A stretch of 64,000 bases of DNA from Alphaproteobacteria bacterium (GTDB taxonomy: Bacteria; Pseudomonadota; Alphaproteobacteria; JAUXUR01), in NCBI GenBank assembly GCA_030696155.1, contig JAUYSY010000088.1, positions 7,014 through 71,013 of the forward strand, written 5' to 3'. Each line of letters begins with the position of its first letter. Within the stretch, counting starts at the first letter, position 1. This document shows, in pieces, positions 38,685-48,764 of the stretch. The notes below the pieces were generated by a model that saw only the letters and a program-made list of their open reading frames with translations, searched no databases and was not told the DNA's origin. A program made the position numbers and the translations under genes.

Positions 38685-41600
38685 ATGCGTCTTCTTGGCA
38701 ATGATGATGCCGCGTCCACTTTCATTAAGCTCCCTAACATTTTGAAAATATTAGCCAATACCTTTGGCGTCCCAGCCATTAACGCCCAAATAAAGCAAAT
38801 CGCTGATCAAATCGTCAAAGGCGTGTTCCTAGAAACAAACTGGGCGGGCTTGCCTTATACGGGTAAATTACGCGCGGATATTCTGTCTATCCTTAAAATG
38901 TTCGGGTTTGCAGAAGAATTCGACGACCAATTGGTGTTGGGCGATGCAGTTGTGATTGCCCGTGTGCTTGAAGATGCAGCACTTCGACTTGTGGGCAAAC
39001 CCTATTTCCATGATGCGAGTCGTGGGCAAATGCCCGAACAGCAAGTCAAGGATTTGCTGGTTAATATGGTGGCGTTTTCCCGCCAATATTGGGCGCAATT
39101 GGATTTCAAAAAGCCGTTCCCTGAACATATGCGCCATCTTGTTACCGAACCAATGTTATGGCTGGTGCAAGAAGATCTGACGGTTGGTGCTATTAGCTTA
39201 AAACTGCTCATGCCCTATATCGTTTTTCCAAATGCGTATTTGGCGGAAATTGATGATCAATTGAATGGAATTGCTACTTATAACAGTATTGATGTGACGG
39301 TTTCGGATCTTGCTTATATTGAAGCGCCTCTCATTGTAAAAGAAAGCTCGAGTTTCGATTGTAAAGACTTTATAACCCGTATGCGTCGTGATTACGGCAG
39401 CAAGACTTTATACAATTCAAGCGTTAAAAATGGTGTAACAACTATTCATGATGCTTACACAGTGCCCACCATTACGTTCCATGATCATGAGAAATTCCAT
39501 TTTGGGAAAAAATTAAACGTCAAAGCCAGCAATAATATTGTTAATGATGCGGGTCGCATCTTCGCAGATGTCATGCATTTCCAAGCAAAAGGCGATATGT
39601 ATAATAGCGGCCAAATGTGTTTTGTGGATTCTTTAAAAGCGAATATTAACGGGTCTTTCAGCAATGACATTATTGTTGTGACTGAATATGACGAAGTCAA
39701 CGGCGTTAAAGGAACCAGAACCTATACGGGACACGCGGCACGCAATGCAATCAAAGCAAATTCAGGACAAATACTTGCGATCGGCGACGGCAAAGGTCTG
39801 TTCGATGTTAAAACAGGTAAAGACTTCAACCATCGCGGTATTATTGACGTTAATGACGTTAAAATAGTAGCAAATGGAAATCTTAAGATTGAAAATCTAC
39901 CTGACCAATTTGTTGTTCGCTGGGATCCTGGGGCTGGATCTAAAAAAGGCATGGATTGTTTCTCGATCGCCTCCCAATTTACACCGTCGGAAATCCGAGC
40001 ACGCGATGGCTCTGTAAAGCTTGTCGTGGGCGGAGATGCTACGGTGTATGCGTCTTTATTAGCTGCTGCTGACGATATTATTGTTGAGGCAAAGGGTTTC
40101 ATAAAGGCGGAAGCCAAGGGCGAGTCTTATCTAGGTAATGTCAGCATTGAAAACGGCAGACGAAATCGCACTATCAAACAAGAATCGGACATCATCATCC
40201 AGAAAGTGCAAGTTGTTGCAAATGGCAATGTCCGCATGATTGCGCATAAAAATGTTAATATTAAAGGTGGTGATATTGTGGCCGGCCTTGAAGTTGAAAT
40301 TGTTGGCGAAAACATCAATCTAACGCCGATTCAACTCATTGCAGAAAATAAAGTCAAAGAATATGGTTCACGTGGTTTTTCTTATTACAAAAACAATATG
40401 ACTTATTCGACTTCCAATGTTGCCACAACCGATATTCACGCGAATAGTATTAAGCTTTCCGCTAAACATGATGTGAATATTAAGGCATCGATGCTGATGG
40501 CGATGGAAGACATTACGATTAATGCCGGCAATAATATTACAATTGTTGAGGAACTCGTCGAACATTATGTGCACAGCAAAAGCTTTTCAGCACATTTGAA
40601 TTTCTTTGGCAAAAGGGCGATGGATCGCGTTTTAAAGAAAGACATGCGTGGGGCGACACGTGCTTTCGCGCAGGAATTTGGGATTTTAAACCAAATGAAT
40701 CGCTTGATCAAAGCGAAACATGGGCCCGATGTGGCAATTGAAAGCGTGAAATCCATCCTTGATTTATATAAAGAATATCAAGCCATTGATAAAATGGGTT
40801 TTGTTAATTATTGCAAGAAAGCGGCTGTTGAAAAGCTTTTAAGTTCAAGTGCTTCTCTTGAATTTAGTCAAGAAAAACAACAATGGTTTGAAGCGATTTT
40901 GCCCGTGATGCGCGCGAAAAATATTCTGATGAAAGCGGGGAATAATATCAATTTGCGTGGCCTTCAAGCTAAAGCTGAGACGATGAGTCTAGAGGCTAAA
41001 GGCAATATTGATATTCGTGCCGCACAAGAATATTATAATTACCATAAAAAAATACGCACATTAGAAGTGCATACAAGTGCGAATTTTGATCCGGTCAATA
41101 ACGAGTTCTTACTGCCTAATGTTGGTTTTTCGGCTGGCTATCAAAGTTGCTCAAATCATGGCGTGAGACATAAAAATTCACATATTGTTGTGGATAGATT
41201 CGAAGCCCGAACACCCAATACATTGACGTTGGAAGGCGCTACAATCAAAGCAACAGATGTCAAAATCATTGCCAATGCGTTGTTGATGAAATCCTTGGTG
41301 GATACTGAATCTGGGCGCAATAAAGCAATTTCTGGCGGGTTGGATCTGAATTTGGCAAATGGTCAGTTAAGCGGCCATGTTGAGGGCAGCAAAGGGTCTT
41401 ACAGCAAAGCTAAAGTCAACGAACAAACAGGCATCACGGCTTTGGGCGAGTTCATCGCAGAAATCGGCGATTTAACGCATTTGCAAGGGGCATATATTGA
41501 TGCTGTGAACAGTACATTAAAGACGGCGCGTTTTCTTCATAATAATGTTGAAGAATATGACCGATCGAAGCAAACGAGTTTCGATACAGGCAGCTTCAAT

Positions 41601-42911
41601 ATTAAGAAATTCGATATGCCTGGTTCAAAGAAGGATGCGCCAGCAAAACAAGATCAAAATAATGCACCGAAAACGGATTTCGGCATTACGGATGTAGGCT
41701 TCTCGAGGAACTCGTTATTTGCTTTAGTGGATGCTTCCTATCAAAGCAAAAACCAAAAAGGCGTGCTCAAAGCTGGTGCTTCGTCTGGTGTGCAAATCGT
41801 CACGCAATCGGATATTGGCAATTTAAATCGTGATTTAAGCCAAGCGCGCGAATTGGTCAAAGATCACAAGCATTATGTGCGGGTTTTAGTACCTGTTGGT
41901 GATCCAAGTGAATTTATTGAAACCCTCAAAGAGATGTTCAGTGATGTTCAAGGATTGTTTCAATCGGCTGAAACGAAAAGAGAACGCCAGGAAATCAAAG
42001 CGTATAAACAGATTTTTGACGCTATCGAAGAACGCGATGATTTAACGCAAACTGAAAAAGTACAAGCGTTTCAAGCAGCAAGTAATGTGTTGAATCAAAT
42101 GAAGGAAATTCAGCGCGAAACAGCTTCATTAGAAAAAGATATTTCTAAAATTGAAGATAATTTCTTTTCAAAGACAAAAGAAACGACGCCCCATGTTCCT
42201 GTTGAAATAAAAGTTGAAAATCAACCTGGTTGCAACGGTGAGGATGGATGTTATGAAGTACACATTACACGAGGTCATTATGATTATACGAAAGGCACCT
42301 TACATTCAGTTGCCAAGAAAATACGTTATCTTCAAAATGCGTATGAAGATTTTAAAGAAAGCCAACCCAAATGGTTGCGTAATACTTTAAATGCGGCCAT
42401 GGGTGTCGCAGGCTTTTGTGCAGGTGGACCCCTTAAGAAGATTGGTCAAAAACTTGCCACGATTGCGGTTGCTGAAGGTCTTCATATTGGTGCAGATGAT
42501 TTATTAGATCATATCGAGCATAGTGATAGTGATCGAATAGCAGATATGGAAAGCTTCCTGCGTATTACTAGAAAAGATACGCTTACTTTTACTGGATTGT
42601 TCTTAGGTGTCGCGATTTACAAAGCAACACCTGGCGGCACGTCAAAAGCGGCACTCAAGGCAAAAGAACGTAAGTTTGCACGTGAACAACATGGTGATAC
42701 GCATATTGATGGAGGAAAAGCACATAAAATAAATCCCGCACTTCTTACGGGTATTGCGAAAATCCGGTATGATTGGGAAAACTTCGTACGTCAAAAATTG
42801 GTGGAAGGATTTAAGTTTGAACGGCATCATATTGTGCCAAAAGAATATGCAAAGCACGATGCTTTTAAATTAGCCGGTACGCATGTTGATGATAAAATGA
42901 ATCTTGTGTAG
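38685..42911 (+). pseudogene. FhaB/CdiA-like polymorphic toxin fragment (no N-terminal secretion/TPS domain) with C-terminal AHH/HNH-type nuclease domain interrupted by in-frame TAG at 42909..42911; reading frame continues to 43172
   Basis: Haemagglutinin-type beta-helix repeats (VVANGNVRMIAHKNVNIKGGDIV, IHANSIKLSAKHDVNIKASM, ITINAGNNITIV). C-terminus ERHHIVPKE...NLV-TAG-LPRKG...THRGKHYQPY matches the AHH nuclease pattern. A stop codon lies 18 codons upstream of the first Met. GC noticeably higher than surrounding DNA. Confidence 0.55.
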
Positions 42912-43122
42912 CTTCCCAGAAAAGGAACAGAAGCTGAATTAAAAACAGGTGCGACAACGCATCGTGGAAAGCATTATCAACCATATAAGAAGGAAGTTAA
43001 TGAAGCTTTGGATAAAATAAGGGATGAAGGTCTTGCTAAGGGATGGACACAGTCCCAATTTAAAGAAAAGCTTCATCATTTTATGGATGATTTTGGTGAG
43101 CAATTATTAAAAGGTAATAAAC

Positions 43123-44025
43123 ATGTCAATACATCAGGAGAAAGGTTTCATCATGAAATCCATCCAAAATAATAAACCATATAAATGGGGTGTATTAGAA
43201 AAATATCCTGAAAAATATTTTGCAAATTATGATTCTGATAAAAGTCCTGATGCGTTTTATTTAAGACGATGTTTTAAATGGCCTGATGATTTACCTGAAA
43301 AATTGAATAATATTTGGAAAAAAAAAGTAAACCCTCCTTATGTATATTATTATGATGTAAAAGGGGATAAAGAACGACTTTTAATTTATGATTATATATC
43401 AAATATTACAAGTGTGCCTATTGTTAATAAAAGGACAAGGATTTTATTAGAAGAGTTTTGTCCTAATGATGTGCAATTTATAGACACTGAAATTCAAACA
43501 AAAAATGGCATTATTAAAGATGAATATTATGTGATTAATATTTTGAATAAAGTAGATGCCATTGATATGGAGAAAAGCGATTATTCTTATGAAGAAGATG
43601 GTGCTATAAATTTTAAAAAAGTATATTTTAAAGAAAATTCTATGAAAGGCCATTGGATTGCGCGTGATCAACAAGAATTTGGTATTATTTTAGTTTCAGA
43701 CGCATTAAAAAAATTATTTAGAAAACATAAAATTAAAGGCCCTGCTTTTTGGACAGATGTTGAGGCTTATCGTTATACGCCTACCTATGAATCAATTCCA
43801 AGATTTTTTGAAAATAATTTTAAAATTGCGCTTTCATATTTTCAAAGTGATTTAGAAGTTGATAGTAGTTTTCAGATATTAGTGCGTCGGTTGGATCGGA
43901 TACCACTTCATATGTTGGATGTTTTAATTGAAAAAGTTTCTGATTTATCTGATGAAGGCAAGAAGCGTTTGGAAAAAATAAAGGTTTTGGTTGAAGAATT
44001 ACGTCAAAAGCAAATGGGTGGCTAA
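43123..44025 (+). CDS. Putative immunity protein for the upstream nuclease toxin domain
   Basis: Intact 300-aa AT-rich ORF starting within or overlapping the end of the toxin reading frame, the classic toxin-immunity arrangement. No recognisable motif. Inference from context. Confidence 0.4.
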   Translation: MSIHQEKGFIMKSIQNNKPYKWGVLEKYPEKYFANYDSDKSPDAFYLRRCFKWPDDLPEKLNNIWKKKVNPPYVYYYDVKGDKERLLIYDYISNITSVPIVNKRTRILLEEFCPNDVQFIDTEIQTKNGIIKDEYYVINILNKVDAIDMEKSDYSYEEDGAINFKKVYFKENSMKGHWIARDQQEFGIILVSDALKKLFRKHKIKGPAFWTDVEAYRYTPTYESIPRFFENNFKIALSYFQSDLEVDSSFQILVRRLDRIPLHMLDVLIEKVSDLSDEGKKRLEKIKVLVEELRQKQMGG

Positions 44026-44312
44026 GATTTTACGAGGTTAGAGGGCATTGCGTCACAGTAAAACTGTGCCAAGAAATTCATGCGAATGTGAAAATCAATA
44101 ATAAAAGCATCGTTGAATTTTTTTGTTTTTTTTGCGGGGCCTTTCTTTTTAGGCCCACTCAATGTCCTCTTTCAAGGCCCTCCTTCTTCTTTTTTTGTCA
44201 TCTGTGGGAAGGGGGGTTCTTTTAATATGAATATAAAAACCGATCTTAGACAAGTGAATTTTAAATCGACATTTATCGGCCTAACAGCCAGCAGATGTTT
44301 GAGTGGGAGAAT

Positions 44313-44427
44313 GGCATTGCGTCGCAGTAAAACTGCGGCAGAAATTCATTTGAATTTCTGGGGCTAAAGCCCACGCAATGCCTTTACCTCCACCCACATC
44401 TTTTTTTTACGGCTAAATTCCGCGAGC
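44313..44427. repeat. Palindromic cloverleaf-like repeat element, copy A: 70-bp core with 10-bp terminal inverted repeats GGCATTGCGT/ACGCAATGCC and three internal hairpins, plus ~45-bp conserved tail
   Basis: Read directly. ~90% identical to 45474..45590. Partial copy at 44046..44090. Confidence 0.7.
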
Positions 44428-44573
44428 TGTTAAAACCAGGAGCGAGGTTCTATTCATTTTGTATAAAATTGTTAAAATTCGATATGTACTCTAGGTTTTA
44501 TTTGCTATAATGATCACAATTTATATCTTCTGATGATGTAATCGGATAAAATTAAATATAATAGGATAAAAAC

Positions 44574-45440
44574 ATGCGCGAACTTATTGATCCAAGGGTT
44601 GATTTGGCCTTTAAAAAAATTTTTGGCGTTGAAGAAAATAAAGATCTTTTAATTTCTTTAATTAATTCTGTTGTATCTCAAGAAGATCAAGTTCAAGATG
44701 TTGTACTTTTAACTCCTTATAATCCGCAAACATTTCGAAGTGAAAAATTATCAATTCTTGATATTAAAGCTGTAGGGCTGGATGACAAACGTTTTAATAT
44801 TGAAATTCAGATTAGTGATGAAGCGGATTATGATAAAAGAGCCCTTTATTACTGGGGTAAATTATATACAGAACAATTAAAAACAGGTCAAGATTATGGT
44901 ATTTTATGTAAAGCGATTGGGATTCATATCCTAAATTTTATGTCGATTCCGGATTCTAAGAAATATCACAATATTTTTACGATTAGAGAAAAAGAACTCG
45001 ATATTGAATATTTTAAAGATTTAGAACTACATACGATAGAACTTTCAAAATTTAATGCCGATGAACGTTTTACACAAGTAAAAACGGCTCTTGACAGGTG
45101 GGTTGCTTTTTTAACGCGTCAATCGTTGATCAATCGTGAAAATGTACCTGATCCGATGAATCAGCCCGATTTAAAAAAAGCCCTAAATGTATTGGATGTC
45201 ATGAATTTAAATGAAGAGGAAAGAAATTCTTATGATGACCATTTAAAATGGTTGCGCATAGAAGCCAATACACTCAAAAAATATAAAAAAGATGGATATG
45301 TTGAAGGTCTTGAAGAAGGTATTAAAAAAGAAAAATTTGACATAGCTAGTGCAATGATTAAGCAAAAGTTTGATGATACTGTTATTATGCACTTAACAGG
45401 TCTTTCTCAAGAAGAAATAGAAAATTTAAAAAGAAGTTAA
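44574..45440 (+). CDS. Rpn/YhgA-family recombination-promoting nuclease / putative transposase (PD-(D/E)XK)
   Basis: N-terminal DPRVDLAFKKIFG motif. C-terminal GLEEGIKKEK...LTGLSQEEIENL tail typical of the family. 288 aa. Confidence 0.75.
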   Translation: MRELIDPRVDLAFKKIFGVEENKDLLISLINSVVSQEDQVQDVVLLTPYNPQTFRSEKLSILDIKAVGLDDKRFNIEIQISDEADYDKRALYYWGKLYTEQLKTGQDYGILCKAIGIHILNFMSIPDSKKYHNIFTIREKELDIEYFKDLELHTIELSKFNADERFTQVKTALDRWVAFLTRQSLINRENVPDPMNQPDLKKALNVLDVMNLNEEERNSYDDHLKWLRIEANTLKKYKKDGYVEGLEEGIKKEKFDIASAMIKQKFDDTVIMHLTGLSQEEIENLKRS

Positions 45441-45473
45441 TTAACTGTTTTTTGTGTATTACTAAAACAGAGA

Positions 45474-45590
45474 GCATTGCGTCGCAGTAAAACTGCGGCA
45501 GAAATTCTTTTGAATTTCTGGGGATAAAGCCCACGCAATGCCTTCTCTTACCCCACATCTTTTTTTTACGGCTAAATTTCCCAAGCGGAT
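45474..45590. repeat. Palindromic cloverleaf-like repeat element, copy B (direct repeat of 44313..44427, flanking the Rpn-family gene)
   Basis: Read directly: AGCATTGCGTCGCAGTAAAACTGCGGCAGAAATTCTTTTGAATTTCTGGGGATAAAGCCCACGCAATGCC followed by the conserved tail ...CACATCTTTTTTTTACGGCTAAATT. Confidence 0.7.
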
Positions 45591-46223
45591 AATAAAAAGA
45601 GACGGAGACCATAAGCATTTGATAGGGTTGAGAGAAAAAAGAGATCGAGAACCTGGGCAAATAAAGCTATAAATTAATAATAAAGTGAGAGAAAATAAAT
45701 AGTCAAATATAAGCACAGATAAAAAAATTGAGATCGAGAGAATAAGCATTAAAAAAAACGAGACCGAGAAACTAAGTAACCGCCTATCATATTTATATTT
45801 ATAATAAAAACATGTGCAGTTTTATCTACCGTTTCAATCTCCAAACGCATTGCCCTATTAGGGGTATCAAGCCCATCTTAATTCAAAAGATTTAGAAAAT
45901 CTCTTATCTATCAAATCAATGACTTTAAGAAATCTTAGGCCTCCAATTGAGAGGATATACAAAATTGCAGCTTTTCACTGACCTTAACGGGATCCTGTGG
46001 AAGAACCCCATAAGGTTCAATCAACAACCAGAGCGATGCCTTTAGCTGTTTGTTCAGCGATTCGTCTTAGCTTTTCATTGAAGGGAAGAACATCAAAGGT
46101 GTTAGTATATTTTAATGAAGCAATGCGTTTTGAGTCGAAAACAGTAGAAGTTATCCTAAGTTTTTTAAAAACAATTGTATCCTTAATCATGGATAAATAT
46201 TAAAAAAAATATATATTTTTTTA

Positions 46224-47663
46224 TTAAATCAGAAGTAAATCTTCTATATTTATAATTTTATAAAAATAATTTTTTTCATAAACTCTATCTGATACATCGC
46301 CTAAATGAAAAAGAACCGGTGCAATCCCAAATCCTTTTGGAATAGAAAAACGACTTATTTTATCTTGAACAGATTCAATAATTTCAGGACCAATATTACG
46401 GCGTTTAAATTTAAATTCGCACAAAAACAAATTATGACTCCTCGTTTGTACTAAATAATCAATTTGGCATCCGCGTTGTCTTGTTGTTTTATGCTGAATA
46501 TAAGGATTATCATTTGCAATATCTGCAGGATTTATACTCAGAAATTTCAACAAAAGAGGACGATTTTGTAAAAGCAAACTCTCAACTTGAATACCCATCA
46601 TAGATTCCCATCCTGCTAATTGATTAATGGATAAATCTTGATAAGTTCCTTGCTCAATTTTCAAGCGATTCGGTTCTATGTATTTTATATAAAACCTTAA
46701 ATAACAGTCTGTTAATCTATAAATACTTTGTTTGCTAATATGCCCCGTTTTTAAAGACCATTGATAATGTTTTGTTACAAAACCGCAAATTATTAAATCT
46801 TGCAGCAATTCACTAAAAGTACCACTTCTTGGATAATCAATAGATTCGCGTAAAATTGACAATGTTTTACTTCCATCACCTAAAGAATGAATAATATCTT
46901 TATGGGTTTTACCATGTCCACCAAATAAATCACTAAAAATACGATCAAATTCACCAATTAAAATACCATCTTTTACAAAACACAAACGCTTAAGATTCGC
47001 GTCTGCCATTTCCATTGGATTGATTTTTTCTAAATACCAAGGAATTCCGCCTGTAATAGAAAGAATTTCAAAAATTTCATAGGTCGAACCTTTAAATCCT
47101 ATGGTTTTAAGAAATTGAGCACATTCAGGCAATGATAAAGGAGCTAAATCAATTTGAAGTGAAATACGTCCAAAAAAAGCAGTACTATTAATAATGTTTT
47201 TTTCAATCCATATTGATACAGAACCGCAAAAAACTAATATTAATTGTGAGAATTTCTGAAGATATAAATCCCACCAAATTTTTAATTTTGGAATAAAAGT
47301 TGGATCTTTGTGTCCCATCCAAGATATTTCATCAAATAAAATAACAGTCTCTATTCCTTTAATATGAAGGGAAAGATGATTAAAAGCATCACTCCAATCC
47401 GTAAAACTTAAAGGTGGCACTTTAAAATGTTGTGCAAATTGACGTGCAAAAGCATCACGTTGATCTTGCGCTGTTATAGCTTTTGTAGGTGCAAGACCAG
47501 AAAAACTAAGAAAATGTTTATTTTTTGAAAATTCTTCAATTAAACGACTTTTGCCAATGCGTCGACGCCCCTTAATAACAACAAGCTTTGGACCTTGCAT
47601 TTTAGCAATTTGCTTTAGATTATTAAGTTCATTTTCTCGTCCAATAAAAGTCTTCATCAACAC
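46224..47663 (-). CDS. AAA-type ATP-binding protein (archaeal-ATPase/DUF234 family)
   Basis: N-terminal FIGRENELNNLKQ...LVVIKGRRRIGKSRL Walker A region, characteristic of the PF01637 + DUF234 family. 479 aa. Confidence 0.7.
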   Translation of the reverse strand: MLMKTFIGRENELNNLKQIAKMQGPKLVVIKGRRRIGKSRLIEEFSKNKHFLSFSGLAPTKAITAQDQRDAFARQFAQHFKVPPLSFTDWSDAFNHLSLHIKGIETVILFDEISWMGHKDPTFIPKLKIWWDLYLQKFSQLILVFCGSVSIWIEKNIINSTAFFGRISLQIDLAPLSLPECAQFLKTIGFKGSTYEIFEILSITGGIPWYLEKINPMEMADANLKRLCFVKDGILIGEFDRIFSDLFGGHGKTHKDIIHSLGDGSKTLSILRESIDYPRSGTFSELLQDLIICGFVTKHYQWSLKTGHISKQSIYRLTDCYLRFYIKYIEPNRLKIEQGTYQDLSINQLAGWESMMGIQVESLLLQNRPLLLKFLSINPADIANDNPYIQHKTTRQRGCQIDYLVQTRSHNLFLCEFKFKRRNIGPEIIESVQDKISRFSIPKGFGIAPVLFHLGDVSDRVYEKNYFYKIINIEDLLLI

Positions 47664-48062
47664 TCACATTTTGCGCATTACCTACATATGTATAACATGC
47701 GCAGTAAAAATTACAAATAATTATTGCTCAAATTAAACATATGTGCGTTATGCGCAAAAAAAATTTGTTTTCGTTATTTTATTTGGGTTTCCCAGCATAT
47801 CCAGCCCAAATTGGCAATTACATCAAAAGAATCACTATTCTCCAGCTTAAAAGCGGATTATAAACAAATGGAATTAATGATATACGGGTGCTAATCAACA
47901 AAAGGAGATAAAGTATCATAGAACACATAAGGATGACAAGCGAATAATCTTAGAAAATCGTTTTTTATCAATATGTTATTAGGTGTTTTTAATTCCCAAT
48001 GTCCTATTTTTACACGTTTAGGCCCAGTAGTAAGATCTGTGCTATTTAGTGCCACTTTCTAA

Positions 48063-48236
48063 AAATCATGTCTTTCTCAAGAAATCTCTCCACATAAACT
48101 AAGACATTTTTTATTCACGTGGCTCAAAAAACAAGGCATAGATGATGCTCTTATTCAGCCGTATTCTGGTCACAAAAGCAGGCAATCCCTAGAGATTTAC
48201 TCAAAACTCTCCATCACAGATGCTTAAACTGGATAT
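48063..48236 (+). pseudogene. C-terminal fragment of a tyrosine recombinase (integrase) gene, flanked by 37-40-bp perfect inverted repeats (48017..48056 / 48281..48320)
   Basis: Translation ...[38 protein letters not shown] matches the integrase C-terminal R...H...LGH...Y motif region. The flanking IRs were read directly. Confidence 0.45.
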
Positions 48237-48386
48237 GAGAGCGTTATCAAAAAATTACCGATTTAAGCTTACATTTTACCTAAGTGGCACTAAATAGCAC
48301 AGATCTTACTACTGGGCCAACACCACCCCTATTATGTTCAAAGTGGACATAAATTCCTTAAGTCGGTTCCTTGTTCCATTACTCCC

Positions 48387-48746
48387 CTAACGCCTAATTC
48401 CAAAAATTAGAAAAGCATACCTTTTAAGTGTAGACAAAAAAGAAGGAGGTTTCTTAGTCACAGAAATATACCGAGGTAAATTATCATCACAGGGGGCAAG
48501 GTTATTGCGCAAAATCCACCCTCCTGGACCATCAAGGGAGGACAACTCTTTTTGAAACGCCGGATTATAAAATTCTTGCCATTTTAAGGGAGCATCCCAC
48601 TCTTTAAGGTAGGCCTGACGTTCGATGTCATTTAAAGAAACCCAAAAAGGCAACCAGACCCCAAGAGCCCAAACTTCACCCTCTTGACGCCAAAATATAT
48701 CCGAAGGCAAAAAACCAGGATACTCAATCCAAGGGGGATTACACAT
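48387..48746 (-). CDS. Hypothetical protein (119 aa), GC-richer cargo gene
   Basis: Intact ORF with non-AT-biased, Trp/Pro-rich composition. No motif recognised. Confidence 0.4.
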   Translation of the reverse strand: MCNPPWIEYPGFLPSDIFWRQEGEVWALGVWLPFWVSLNDIERQAYLKEWDAPLKWQEFYNPAFQKELSSLDGPGGWILRNNLAPCDDNLPRYISVTKKPPSFLSTLKRYAFLIFGIRR

Positions 48747-48764
48747 CTTCTTCTTTTTGTTCCT

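Noticed and set aside
38868-40756. Seven minus-strand ORFs of 63-131 aa (38868..39137, 39002..39211, 39485..39700, 39722..40117, 40127..40318, 40368..40574, 40565..40756) within the polymorphic toxin gene, plus 38956..39180 (plus, 74 aa)
   Set aside because: They lie antisense or out of frame inside a long gene with clear repeat-domain support. A higher-GC insert naturally yields open antisense frames.
44113-44367. 84-aa plus-strand ORF upstream of the Rpn gene
   Set aside because: It spans the palindromic repeat element and a poly-T tract. Its coding potential is created by the repeat sequence. Not a credible gene.
44313-44382. Cloverleaf-like 70-bp element considered as a possible tRNA or tmRNA-like gene
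   Set aside because: Arm geometry is wrong for tRNA: 10-bp outer stem, a 2-nt loop on the central 8-bp stem, and no 7-nt anticodon loop or T-loop consensus. Multiple near-identical copies indicate a repeat element instead.
45385-45749. Two minus-strand ORFs (91 and 95 aa) downstream of the Rpn gene
   Set aside because: They run through the second palindromic repeat copy and the degenerate direct-repeat cluster. Low-complexity products.
45997-46203. 68-aa plus-strand ORF and possible minus-strand start (MIKDTIVFKKLRITSTVFDSK...) at 46203
   Set aside because: No recognisable motif, and the two readings conflict. This could be the 5' remnant of a disrupted gene, but the evidence is insufficient.
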